From assembly GCA_021802965.1 (NCBI GenBank), contig JAJZQZ010000002.1, positions 1-47,522 on the forward strand: a stretch of 47,522 nt of DNA, in the 5' to 3' direction. Positions 33,456 through 42,335 of the stretch are shown in pieces; positions within the stretch are counted from its first letter, which is position 1; each line of letters opens with the position of its first letter. The translations under genes were made by a program, and so were the position numbers. The notes under the pieces were generated by a model. That model was not told the DNA's origin. It worked only from the letters and a program-made list of their open reading frames with translations, and ran no database searches. This DNA comes from Actinomycetes bacterium (GTDB lineage: Bacteria > Actinomycetota > Thermoleophilia > RBG-16-64-13).

Positions 33456-34565
33456 TCAGTCCCACTCGCAGACCCAGCGCCCGTTGAGCTGCCGCTTCTC
33501 CATCTTCTCCATGATGTCGTTCAGCTCTTCGAGCTTGAATTTGCCGGCCACCAGCTTGTCGAGCTTCATCTCGCCTGTCATGGCCAGGTCGCACAGCTTG
33601 GGGATGTCGTCGTGGGTCGAAATGGAGCCATACAGGCCGCCGATCATCGACTTCTGCTGCAGCGGCATGAAGGTCAGGGGCATCTGGGCCACCTGGTCCT
33701 GAGGCATGACGCCGACCACTATCAGGCGACCGGCCATGGCGAGGGTCCACCAGGCCTGTACGAGGGCGCCGGCGTCGCCGATGGCCTCGAAGGCCACGTC
33801 CACCCCGCCGCCGGTGAGCTCCTGGATGATCGGTACCGGGTCTTCCTTCGAGTTGCAGATGAAGTGGGTGGCGCCCATGGCCATCGCGAGCTCGCGACGG
33901 TCCTCTTCGAGGTCCACGGCGATGACCGGGTTGGCATGGCGCGCCCGGGCGGCCCGCAGCACGTTGAGGCCGACACCGCCCATGCCCCATATCGCGACCT
34001 TGTCGCCGGGCTGGATGTTGGCCAGGTTGGTGACCGAGCCCCAGCCGGTCGGGATGCAGCAGCTCATGAGGGCGGCCCACTCGAGGGGCATGTCCTTGCG
34101 GATCGGCACGACGCCGGTCTCGGGCACGACGTTGTAGTCAGAGAAGCCGGACACGAAATTGCCGTGGAGCACCGGCTTACCGGCAGCGTCGGTCATACGG
34201 GACGTGCCGTCGAGCATGGTGCCGGCGAGGAAGTGCGGGAAGTTGCCCGTGCACACGTTGCCGAGCCCGCTGCGGCACATCGGGCAGTCACCGCAGGGGA
34301 TCATCCACGTGCTGGCGACGTGGTCTCCCACCTGCACGCGGGTAACGCCCGGGCCCACGGCCTCGACCACCCCTGCGCATTCGTGACCGGCCACCATGGG
34401 CGTCGCGATCTGGATGCGGCCCATGGCCACGCTTAGGTCGCTGTGGCAGTACCCGGTGTAAGCGTACTTGACGAGCACCTCGCCGGCCTGCGGCGGGGCC
34501 AGCTCCAGCTCCTCGATGTTGTAGCCCTTCCCTATGTCTCTTAGAACGGCAGCTCTGATCTTCAC
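33456..34565 (-). CDS. Zn-dependent alcohol dehydrogenase (class-III / nicotinoprotein-like MDR)
   Basis: Contains GYCHSDLS, GHECAG, the structural Zn site CGDCPMCRSGLGNVC and the Rossmann segment IWGMGGVG. GTG start after the RBS AAAGGAGAG. It lies directly upstream of the mft operon. Confidence 0.9.
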   Translation of the reverse strand: MKIRAAVLRDIGKGYNIEELELAPPQAGEVLVKYAYTGYCHSDLSVAMGRIQIATPMVAGHECAGVVEAVGPGVTRVQVGDHVASTWMIPCGDCPMCRSGLGNVCTGNFPHFLAGTMLDGTSRMTDAAGKPVLHGNFVSGFSDYNVVPETGVVPIRKDMPLEWAALMSCCIPTGWGSVTNLANIQPGDKVAIWGMGGVGLNVLRAARARHANPVIAVDLEEDRRELAMAMGATHFICNSKEDPVPIIQELTGGGVDVAFEAIGDAGALVQAWWTLAMAGRLIVVGVMPQDQVAQMPLTFMPLQQKSMIGGLYGSISTHDDIPKLCDLAMTGEMKLDKLVAGKFKLEELNDIMEKMEKRQLNGRWVCEWD

Positions 34566-34614
34566 CCGATCTCTCCTTTGTAGTCTGTTCGCCTCGAACC
34601 TGGTTGCATCGAAC

Positions 34615-35685
34615 CTACGTCTGCGCGGCCGCCTCCGTGGCGTCCGCTTCCTCCAGTGGGCCGCTGTCCGCGCCTGGAGAGCGCCCGAGCCCCCGCACCC
34701 GGTACCCGACGGGCATCAGCTGCAGTCCGAACCGTTCCTCGATGGTCCCCCACAGCCCTCTCGGCAGCAGGAGCGCGAAGAGGATGGCGACGACGCCGAG
34801 GCCGATCAGGTACCAGACTCCCAGATCGGCGAACCAGTCTTGGATCAGAAAGAGCAGGATGGCCCCCAGGACCGGTCCTTCGAACGTCCCCAGACCGCCC
34901 ACCAGCACCATGAAGATGGCGAAGGCGGTCCACTGGACGCTGAAGATCGAGTTGGGCTGGATGAAGAGGGTGTTGGCGAGGGTCATGGCGCCGGCGGCGC
35001 CGAAGCCGACCGCCGCGAAGATGTAGAGCACGCGCTTGCCCGCCATCACGCGCACACCCACCGACGCGGCCGCCTGTTCGTCGTCGCGGATGGCCTGTAG
35101 TGACGAGCCCATTCGGCTGCGCAGCAACACGAAGAGCACGATCAGAAGCACGGCCGTGGCGCCCAGGGCGAACCAGTAGGTGTAATCCTGCCTGTGTTCG
35201 GGCCCGTACTGGTTGAGCTCGATCAGCGATATCCCGGTGCCGGCGCCCAGCCCCTTGTCCAGTGACACGATCACCGTGAACGCGGCCGCGACCACCCAGG
35301 TGGCGATGGAGAACTGGCCGCCCGTGAGCCGCAGGAGCAAGAAGGAGAAGACCACCGAGATGGCGCCGGCGAGGATGATGGCCAGGAACATGGCGGGGTA
35401 GGGGGGGACGCCGTGGTGCGCGAACCACACGGTGCCGTATGCGCCGATGCCGATGTAGGCCTGCTGTCCCACAGAGACCAGCCCGCCGTAGCCCGCGAGA
35501 GCGTTCCACATGGACGCGATCATGATGAGGATGAAGAGGGCGGTGAGCTTCTGGACGACGTTCGCGCTCATGAACATCGGGAAGAAGGCGAGCACCACTA
35601 CCAGCAGTCCTGCGCCTCCGGTGAAAGCCCGAGAGACCTTCGTCCAGCGCTGGACCGAGAGGCCGGTGGTCCGCAGGGGGTTCAT
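34615..35685 (-). CDS. ABC permease, LivM-like (second HAAT system)
   Basis: ATG 35685 overlaps the LivH-like stop (ATGA). Contains MWNALAGYGGLVSVGQQAYIGIGAY. Confidence 0.85.
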   Translation of the reverse strand: MNPLRTTGLSVQRWTKVSRAFTGGAGLLVVVLAFFPMFMSANVVQKLTALFILIMIASMWNALAGYGGLVSVGQQAYIGIGAYGTVWFAHHGVPPYPAMFLAIILAGAISVVFSFLLLRLTGGQFSIATWVVAAAFTVIVSLDKGLGAGTGISLIELNQYGPEHRQDYTYWFALGATAVLLIVLFVLLRSRMGSSLQAIRDDEQAAASVGVRVMAGKRVLYIFAAVGFGAAGAMTLANTLFIQPNSIFSVQWTAFAIFMVLVGGLGTFEGPVLGAILLFLIQDWFADLGVWYLIGLGVVAILFALLLPRGLWGTIEERFGLQLMPVGYRVRGLGRSPGADSGPLEEADATEAAAQT

Positions 35686-36560
35686 GCTGTGCCCTCCCGC
35701 GCCGCCAAGATCCCGCCGCTCCGTACCGCGATGACCGCGAGAAACACCAGGTGGCCGGCCAGGTTGGCGTACTGCGGGTTGATCTGGGCGCCCAGGGTCT
35801 GAGCGACTCCAAGGATGAGCCCGCCGACCAAGGTGCCCCAGAGGGACCCGAAGCCTCCGATGACCACCGCTTCGAAGGCGAATATCAGCTGGGTCGGGCC
35901 CGCCGAGGGTTCCACCACGGCCCGGATCGCCAGAAAGACCCCGGCGAGGGCCGCCGTGGCGACGGCGATGCCCGCCGCCCGTGCGTAGACGCCCCGGGAG
36001 TCGATGCCCACGAGCTCGGCCGTGTCCGAGTCCTGGGCGGTGGCGCGCATCGCCCTGCCGAGCGTGGTGCGGCGCAGGAAGAGGGAGAGCCCGCCGAGGA
36101 CCGCGACGGCCACGGCCAAGATCAGGATCCCCAGGGCCGAGATCGAGAACTGCTGGCTCACCTTCCAGCTGGTCGTCGTCACGGCCCCCGCCTGCCCTCC
36201 AAGCGAGCGCACGTCGGGCGAGAAGACCCCGAGGAGGACGTTGTCGATCACGATCGCGAGGCCGAACGTAGTAAGAAGCGGGATAAGGATACCCGCCCGG
36301 AGGCTGCGTTCGAGGAGCCCGCGTTGGAGGGCCCACCCGACGCCGAACATGACGATGAGGCTTGGGATGAGTACGAGGAAGGGGGAGAGGGAGGTCTTGT
36401 CGACGATCCACCAGGTGATGAAGGCGCCGAGTACGGCGAGGGAGCCGTGCGCCAGGTTGATGATGCGCATCACGCCGAAGATGAGGGAAAGGCCGCACGC
36501 GAGCAGCGCGTAGAAACCGCCCAGGATGATGCCTTGGAAGACCGCGTTCACATAGGTCAT
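35682..36560 (-). CDS. ABC permease, LivH-like (second HAAT system)
   Basis: Begins MTYVNAVFQGIILGGFYALLACGLSLIFG and has an ATGA overlap with the upstream ATPase gene. Confidence 0.85.
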   Translation of the reverse strand: MTYVNAVFQGIILGGFYALLACGLSLIFGVMRIINLAHGSLAVLGAFITWWIVDKTSLSPFLVLIPSLIVMFGVGWALQRGLLERSLRAGILIPLLTTFGLAIVIDNVLLGVFSPDVRSLGGQAGAVTTTSWKVSQQFSISALGILILAVAVAVLGGLSLFLRRTTLGRAMRATAQDSDTAELVGIDSRGVYARAAGIAVATAALAGVFLAIRAVVEPSAGPTQLIFAFEAVVIGGFGSLWGTLVGGLILGVAQTLGAQINPQYANLAGHLVFLAVIAVRSGGILAAREGTA

Positions 36561-37288
36561 GCCGGAGCTCCCTTCGGCTGCACCCTGCCGAGCCCGAAGT
36601 AGGCTTCGGTGATCTCGCGGCTGGTGAGACGGTCGGCCGGTCCCTCGAGCACCATCCGCCCCTCGAGCATGCAGATGATCCGTTGCGCCACCTTGCGCGC
36701 CCGGGCGAGGTCCTGCTCGACGAGGACGATGGTGGCTCCGCCGTCGATCAAGGTGTGCAGCGAGCGGTAGACGCCTTCGACGGCGATGGGCGACAGCCCC
36801 AGGGAGACCTCGTCCAAGAGGAGCAAGCGCGGGTTGGTCATGAGCGCGCGCCCGATGGCGCAGGCCTGCTGCTCGCCCCCGGAGAGGGTGGCCGCCCGCT
36901 TGAATCGCAGCGGCTTCAAGATCGGGAAGGCTTCCAAGACCGTATCGACCTTCCATGCGCCTCCACGGCGTCCGTTGGCCCCCGCGACGATCAGGTTCTC
37001 TTCGACGGTCATGTCCGGGAACAGACGGCGGCCTTCGGGGACCAGGGCGAGCCCGGCCCGCACTCGCCGGTGCGCCGGCATGGCGGTGACGTCCGCACCT
37101 TCGAAGACCACGCGGCCGCTGGCCGGCCGATGGGCCCCGGCGATGGCCCGCATGAGGGTCGTCTTTCCGGCGCCGTTCGCGCCGACGAGGGCGAGGATCT
37201 CCCCTTCGCCGACCTCGAAGCTGACATCCCGGACGGCCTTGAGCAGCCCGTGCCGGACGTCGAGGTTCTCGACCGAGAGCAGACTCAT
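36557..37288 (-). CDS. ABC ATP-binding protein, LivF-like
   Basis: Contains GANGAGKTT, LSGGEQQ and LLLLDE, with an ATGA overlap with the LivG-like gene. Confidence 0.9.
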   Translation of the reverse strand: MSLLSVENLDVRHGLLKAVRDVSFEVGEGEILALVGANGAGKTTLMRAIAGAHRPASGRVVFEGADVTAMPAHRRVRAGLALVPEGRRLFPDMTVEENLIVAGANGRRGGAWKVDTVLEAFPILKPLRFKRAATLSGGEQQACAIGRALMTNPRLLLLDEVSLGLSPIAVEGVYRSLHTLIDGGATIVLVEQDLARARKVAQRIICMLEGRMVLEGPADRLTSREITEAYFGLGRVQPKGAPA

Positions 37289-38025
37289 ACCACCCCGCTC
37301 CCCAGGTAGGCGTCTATCACGGCTTCGTCGCGCAGCACCGAGTCCGGGTCGCCATCGACGATGACCCGGCCGGCGTTCATGCACACCAGGCGGTCCACCA
37401 CCTGCAACAGGACGTGGACTATGTGCTCGATCCAGACGATGGCCACGCCCTGCGCGCGAAGCTGTTTGATGGTCAGCACGAGTTCGGTCGCTTCCTCGTC
37501 GGTGAGGCCGCCGCCGATCTCGTCCAGCAGCACGACCACCGGGTCGGTGGCCAGAGCCCGGGCCAGCTCAAGGCGCTTGCGGTGAAGGAGGCCGAGGCTT
37601 TCCGCCCGTCGGTTGGCGAGCGGGGTCAGGCCGCACAGGTCGAGCACCTCGAGACAGCGCTCGTAGCAGCGCGAGCCGCGCAGGCCTCCGCCGCTGGATG
37701 CACTCACGAAGACGTTCTCGAACACCGTCATATCCCCGAAAGGCCGCGGGATCCGGAAGGCGCGGCCTATGCCCAGGCGCGAACGCTGCGTGGCGGAGGT
37801 CCCGTTGATCTGCTGGTCATGGAACCACACGGAACCCCCGTTGGGCTCGAGGGATCCGGCCAGCACGTTGAGGAGGGTCGTCTTGCCGGCTCCGTTGGGA
37901 CCGACTATGCCGACCGCCTCATCGGCCCCCACCGAGAAGTCGACCCCGTCGAGGACGGCGAGCGCCCCGAAGTGCTTATGGATGTCCCGTGCCGAAAGTA
38001 CGGGTGTAGCTGACTCCTTGGACAT
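37285..38025 (-). CDS. ABC ATP-binding protein, LivG-like
   Basis: Contains GPNGAGKTT and a DIHKHFGALAV opening. Confidence 0.9.
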   Translation of the reverse strand: MSKESATPVLSARDIHKHFGALAVLDGVDFSVGADEAVGIVGPNGAGKTTLLNVLAGSLEPNGGSVWFHDQQINGTSATQRSRLGIGRAFRIPRPFGDMTVFENVFVSASSGGGLRGSRCYERCLEVLDLCGLTPLANRRAESLGLLHRKRLELARALATDPVVVLLDEIGGGLTDEEATELVLTIKQLRAQGVAIVWIEHIVHVLLQVVDRLVCMNAGRVIVDGDPDSVLRDEAVIDAYLGSGVV

Positions 38026-38060
38026 GCATCCCCCGTGATCGCCTGCACTTTATCGTGCGG

Positions 38061-38115
38061 CCGGCGGTCGGACCGCCGGGATACGTGCAAGGGCGGCTCG
38101 GAAGCCGCCCTTGCA
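38061..38115 (-). terminator. Two tandem GC hairpins between the binding-protein gene and the ATPase gene (intra-operon attenuator or mRNA stabiliser)
   Basis: The first is CCGGCGGTC-G-GACCGCCGG (38061-38079). The second is TGCAAGGGCGGCT-CGGA-AGCCGCCCTTGCA (38086-38115, 13-bp perfect stem). Confidence 0.5.
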
Positions 38116-38154
38116 TCATGACGCTACCTGCCCCGCTCAGTGGCGCACGACCGT

Positions 38155-39531
38155 CTACGCATACGGCTGCAGCTTCGCCGAAGTGGGGATGTTCGGGTCT
38201 TCGACGTTGTCGACGCAGACCCAGTCGAAGGGCCACTTGCCGGTGCCCTTCACCCATTGGCCGTTCACCAAAGTGGTGGGGACGACGTTGGGCGACACCG
38301 GGAACTTGCCCCATTCGAGGATGCCCAGAGGCGTCTCGACCTTCATCTTGGCCATCGCCGCGGCCACGGCCGCTTTGTCCTTGGGATTGCCCGATGCCTT
38401 CAAGGCTTCGATGCCCACGTCGAAGAGGGAGAGGCTCGGGCCGAGCTGCTGGTTCCACTGCTTGCCCGAAGCCTTCTCGTAGCCGTCGCCCAACTCTTTC
38501 GAGGTGACGCCGGTGAGGGTGGACTTGTACGGGAAGATCGGCGCCCAGTAGGCGGCCCCGGCCAGGTTGTTGCCCAGGTCGCCGAGGGCTTCGATCTGGG
38601 AGGGGAAGAGGCCAGTCTTGGCCAGCTGCACGATCTTCGGCTTGAAGCCCTGCTGTGCGGCCTGACGCCAGAAGGTCGTGAAGTCGGGCGGGATGGGGAA
38701 GGTGTTGAACATCTCGCAGTTCTCGCTCTTGAACTTGGAGATCTGGGCCGAGTAGTCGTTCGTGCCGTTCTCGTACGCGCCCGGGTCGACGATGGTGTAT
38801 CCGTCCTTGGCCAGCAGCGGGCCCAGGGCGGCGCGGATGGCGTTGCCGTCGGCGTCGTTGGGCCACATCACACCGATCTTCTTGTTCGTGGGTATCTGCG
38901 GCCACGAGGACACATAGGTCTGATGGAACTGCTCGACACCGAAGGCGAAGATGAACCCGAACTTGAAGGGCGACGGCTGGTCCGGCTTGGCGCCGCGGCC
39001 GAAGTACCACGCCTCCCAGGGGCATACCGTGCAGATGTGGGGGACGCCTGCCGCCTCGGCCGCGTCGGAAACCGGGTTGATGGTCTCGGGGGTGGACGTC
39101 GTGAGGATGAGGTCGACCTTGTCGGAGTTGATCAGCTCCTGGGCGACCTGAGCGCCCATGGCCGGGTTGGACTGGCCGTCCTTGTCGATGATCTCTACGT
39201 TGTACTTCTTCCCGCCTATGTCGAGGCCGTTGGCGAGGGCCTTTTTCGCCAGGTCGATGACATAGGGGTCGGGTTCGCCGAAGCCCGAGGCCGGGCCGGT
39301 GCGGGGACTGACAAAACCTATCTTGATGGTCTCGCCGGCCGGGGCGGATCCGGCGGTGGTGGCTGTGCCGCCAGCGGTCGTCGCCGAGCCGCCGGTCGTG
39401 GTCGTGGTGCTCGAACCACACGCGGCGAGCACGCCCGGGACCGCCAGCAGTCCCCCCGCGATGCCCGCGCGCTTGAGCAAGTCGCGCCTCGAGATCTGAT
39501 CCGCAAGGATGCGGTCAATCTTGTCAGCCAT
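38155..39531 (-). CDS. ABC substrate-binding lipoprotein (LivK-like) with a Tat-type signal
   Basis: Contains SRRDLLKRAGIAGGLLAVPGVLAAC (twin-Arg plus lipobox) and a Thr/Gly/Ala linker. ATG 39531 follows GGGGGG. Confidence 0.85.
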   Translation of the reverse strand: MADKIDRILADQISRRDLLKRAGIAGGLLAVPGVLAACGSSTTTTTGGSATTAGGTATTAGSAPAGETIKIGFVSPRTGPASGFGEPDPYVIDLAKKALANGLDIGGKKYNVEIIDKDGQSNPAMGAQVAQELINSDKVDLILTTSTPETINPVSDAAEAAGVPHICTVCPWEAWYFGRGAKPDQPSPFKFGFIFAFGVEQFHQTYVSSWPQIPTNKKIGVMWPNDADGNAIRAALGPLLAKDGYTIVDPGAYENGTNDYSAQISKFKSENCEMFNTFPIPPDFTTFWRQAAQQGFKPKIVQLAKTGLFPSQIEALGDLGNNLAGAAYWAPIFPYKSTLTGVTSKELGDGYEKASGKQWNQQLGPSLSLFDVGIEALKASGNPKDKAAVAAAMAKMKVETPLGILEWGKFPVSPNVVPTTLVNGQWVKGTGKWPFDWVCVDNVEDPNIPTSAKLQPYA

Positions 39532-39569
39532 GGTACCCCCCCTGTCCGTGACTGCGGATGATGCCCCGA

Positions 39570-39599
39570 AATCTAACACCTTCGTGAGCGCACTGTCAA
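39570..39599 (-). promoter_or_regulatory. Candidate promoter of the second ABC operon
   Basis: On the - strand: TTGACA (39599-39594), an 18-nt spacer, then TAGATT (39575-39570). It lies about 40 nt upstream of the ATG. Confidence 0.45.
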
Positions 39600-39605
39600 C
39601 GCCAC

Positions 39606-39625
39606 GTCTAACGTCTGACGATAGG
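39606..39625. promoter_or_regulatory. Candidate GntR/FadR operator, copy 1
   Basis: GTCTAACGTCTGACGATAGG with the palindromic core CGTC-T-GACG. It is 19/20 identical to the inverted copy at 40478-40497 and sits 6 nt upstream of the -35. Confidence 0.5.
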
Positions 39626-39640
39626 TCGCCACGGTCGTTC

Positions 39641-40354
39641 TCAGGCGTCTCTTCTCGAGGTCGCGGCCATGCGGTCTTCGAGGCCGGACAGGTGGCGCGT
39701 CATCTCCACGGCGGCCCCCGCGGGGTCCCGCGCCGCTATTTGCCGGTAGATGGCTCCGTGTGCCGCCAGGATCTCGTCGGTCGCGCCGGGTTGGGTGATG
39801 ATCTCGTTGATCTCGGTCTTGAGGGTGGTCCTGAGCGAGGTGACGACCCGCACGAAGACCTCGTTCTTGGAGGCCTCGGCGATGCGGAGGTGAAAGTTGA
39901 CGTCCTCCTCGATGAAACGGGCGGGAGTCGCTGTGACTCCGCGCATGCGCTCGAGATCCTCGTGCAGCGACACGATCTCCTCGTCGAGGGCCCGCGCGGC
40001 CGCCAGTTCGGCGGTGCGCACCTCGATGACCTTACGGGCTTCCATCAGGTGCTCGAACCCGGTCGTCGGGCAGGGGAGGGGCGTGGTGGTGGCGAAGGAG
40101 TCGGCGGGGTCGGGGGGCCGGACGAAGGTCCCTCCGTTGTACCCGCGCTTGACGTACAGCAATCCCATGAGCTCCAGGACCTTGAGGGCCTCACGGATCG
40201 CCGAGCGGCCCACGTTGAACTGCTTGGCGAGCTCGGATTCGTTCGGCAGCTTCTGCCCAGGCTGAAGATGGCCCAGAAGTATCTCTCGCTGGATGCTGCC
40301 GGCCACCTGCTCGAAGAAGCGCTCGTTCTTCAGAGCTTTGAACATCTGAGCCAT
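39641..40354 (-). CDS. GntR-family (FadR/FCD subfamily) transcriptional regulator
   Basis: Contains the HTH ESELAKQFNVGRSAIREALKVLELMGLLYVKRG and an all-helical FCD-like C-terminal domain. The track's 41-codon N-terminal extension is Cys/Ser-rich and covers the predicted promoter. Confidence 0.8.
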   Translation of the reverse strand: MAQMFKALKNERFFEQVAGSIQREILLGHLQPGQKLPNESELAKQFNVGRSAIREALKVLELMGLLYVKRGYNGGTFVRPPDPADSFATTTPLPCPTTGFEHLMEARKVIEVRTAELAAARALDEEIVSLHEDLERMRGVTATPARFIEEDVNFHLRIAEASKNEVFVRVVTSLRTTLKTEINEIITQPGATDEILAAHGAIYRQIAARDPAGAAVEMTRHLSGLEDRMAATSRRDA

Positions 40355-40475
40355 GCCGCTACCCGAGCATGAAGACGGCGGGGCGCACCACGATGCCGTG
40401 GCGGTGTTCCGTGCGCACGATCCCCCCTGTGCAGGATGTAGACCCCCGAAGACGGCGGCGTCGCCGCCTGGGGAC

Positions 40476-40505
40476 ATCCTATCGACAGACGTTAGACTTC
40501 GTCAA
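40476..40505 (-). promoter_or_regulatory. Candidate promoter of the GntR gene
   Basis: On the - strand: TTGACG (40505-40500), an 18-nt spacer, then TAGGAT (40481-40476). The operator copy fills the spacer and the -10. Confidence 0.45.
40478..40497. promoter_or_regulatory. Candidate GntR/FadR operator, copy 2 (autoregulatory position)
   Basis: The reverse complement reads GTCTAACGTCTGTCGATAGG. Confidence 0.5.
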
Positions 40506-40527
40506 CGCGCCGCGATCGGCGGAGCCC

Positions 40528-41175
40528 CTACTGGACCACCACGATGCCGCAGAACTTGCCGCACTGCGCCTCTGCCGCCTTGATCGCGCTGCCGGTCGGG
40601 TAGACCTCCCACCCGAGCTGGGCCATCATCCTGAAGACGTCGATGCCCACCGCCTCCATCGAAGGCCGGGCCTTGAGGGGATGGCGACAGCGTTCGCCCT
40701 TGACCGCCATGCAATCGTTGGTCTGGCTGCAATAGGTGTGTCGACAGGAGCCGGCGCCCAGACCGAAGGCCATGTAGTGGCCGTCGTAGAAGGCTTTGCT
40801 CTCGAGGTCCGCGACGACGTCGAAGACCTGCTGCTGCGCCGTCAACCGTTCGACGACCGTGGCGCGGTCGCGCACGATGACCGCGGGATCCACATCGAGG
40901 GAGAAGAAGACCGACCACTCGTAGTTGGCCAGTATCTCCCGCATCTCCGCAGGCGCGACGGTGTTGGGCGGGCAGTTGGCCGAGATCCCGTAGCCCGAGC
41001 AGCGGGGGATGCGGCACTTGAGCACCACACGGTCGTCCAGTGGGATATCGGTGACCGGCACCACGGCGGCGCGCGATGCTCCGAGCCCCAGAGCGGTCTC
41101 CAGGTACCGGCTCAGATCCGCCTGCAGCTCCGATCGGTACATGTCGACTTCGATCTTGCGTTGCGTGATGCTCAT
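40528..41175 (-). CDS. Cys-rich predicted metal-binding protein (DUF2284-like)
   Basis: 215 aa with KCRIPRCSGYGISANCPP and further Cys (GSCRHTYCSQTNDC, RCRHP). The family assignment is from memory. Its ATG overlaps the acyl-CoA dehydrogenase stop (ATGA). Confidence 0.55.
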   Translation of the reverse strand: MSITQRKIEVDMYRSELQADLSRYLETALGLGASRAAVVPVTDIPLDDRVVLKCRIPRCSGYGISANCPPNTVAPAEMREILANYEWSVFFSLDVDPAVIVRDRATVVERLTAQQQVFDVVADLESKAFYDGHYMAFGLGAGSCRHTYCSQTNDCMAVKGERCRHPLKARPSMEAVGIDVFRMMAQLGWEVYPTGSAIKAAEAQCGKFCGIVVVQ

Positions 41176-42332
41176 GTCGCACTCCCTCTTGGGCTGCCGA
41201 ACAGGTTGCGGGCGAGGGCCATCTGGTGCAGCTCGTTCGCGCCTTCGAAGATCTGGAAGACCTTCGCGCCGCGCATGAATTGCTCGACCCCGTACTCTAC
41301 GGTATACCCGTAGCCCCCCATCACCTGCACCGCGTCGGTGGAAACCTTCATTGCCGCGTCAGCGGCGACGAGCTTCGCGAGCGCGGAGAAGCGCTCGATG
41401 TCCCGCGACTTGGCCTCGTACTTGGAGGCGGCGGCGTAGACGACGCACCGGGCCGACTCGACTTGGGCGACCATGCGCCCGACGATCATCTGCACCGCCT
41501 GCATCTTCGCCAGAGGGCGCCCGAACTGCACTCGTTCCTGCACGTAGCGCGAGGAGATGTCCAGCGACCCCTGGGCCACGCCGAGCGATTGCGCGGCCGA
41601 GCAGATCCGCGAGCGATGGAGCGTCTTGAGCAGGATGTCGAGCCCTTGGCCCACCTTCCCGAGGAGGTCGGCGTCGGGGACCCAGGCGTTCTCCAGCACC
41701 ACGGAACAGGTGGCCGAGCCGCGCATGCCCATCTTGTGCTCGATCTTGTCGACGGTGAAGCCCGGCTGGTCGGTCTCGACCAGGAAGGCGCTGATCTTGT
41801 CCTTGCCGTCGACGTCGACCTTGGCGAAGCAGACCAGCACGTCGGCGATGTTCGCGTGGCTGATGAAGGTCTTGCGGCCGTTGAGCCTCCACCCACCCTC
41901 GACCCGCCTGGCCCGGGTGCTCATGGCTTTGACGTCCGACCCCGCGTTCGGCTCGGTCAGCCCGAAGGCGGTCATCTTCTCGCCGGTGGCAAAGGCCGGC
42001 AGCCAGCGAGATCTCTGCTCCGCGCTCCCGAAGAGGGTGATGGGCGTCGCGCCGAGGGACTGGACACCGATGATCATCGAGCAGGCCGGGCATACCCGAG
42101 CTATCTGCTCCACGACCACGCACAACGTCACGAGGGACCCGTCGAGGCCGCCGTACTGCTCGGGTACGGCGACGGTGAAGAGGTCGAGGTCGCGAAAGAG
42201 CTCGACGACCCAGCCGGGGATCTCTCCCGCTTCGTCGATCTCGGCGGTTCGCTTCCGCACCTGTTCCATCATGAGCTCGCGCACCATCTGCCGCATGGCG
42301 GACTGCTCTTCGGTCAACGTGAAATCGATCAT
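41172..42332 (-). CDS. Acyl-CoA dehydrogenase
   Basis: Begins MIDFTLTEEQ and contains TEPNAGSD and GGYGYTVEYGVEQFMRGAKVFQIFEGANE. ATG 42332 has the RBS GAGGA; the track's upstream 18 codons are unlikely to be coding. Confidence 0.9.
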   Translation of the reverse strand: MIDFTLTEEQSAMRQMVRELMMEQVRKRTAEIDEAGEIPGWVVELFRDLDLFTVAVPEQYGGLDGSLVTLCVVVEQIARVCPACSMIIGVQSLGATPITLFGSAEQRSRWLPAFATGEKMTAFGLTEPNAGSDVKAMSTRARRVEGGWRLNGRKTFISHANIADVLVCFAKVDVDGKDKISAFLVETDQPGFTVDKIEHKMGMRGSATCSVVLENAWVPDADLLGKVGQGLDILLKTLHRSRICSAAQSLGVAQGSLDISSRYVQERVQFGRPLAKMQAVQMIVGRMVAQVESARCVVYAAASKYEAKSRDIERFSALAKLVAADAAMKVSTDAVQVMGGYGYTVEYGVEQFMRGAKVFQIFEGANELHQMALARNLFGSPRGSAT

Positions 42333-42335
42333 GTG

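Noticed and set aside
40355-40477. 41-codon extension of the GntR regulator (MSPGGDAAVFGG...).
   Set aside because: The composition is Cys/Ser/Gly-rich with no GntR homology. It covers the predicted TTGACG-18-TAGGAT promoter and the operator, and the GntR wHTH starts soon after ATG 40354. The weak SD at 40354 leaves some uncertainty.
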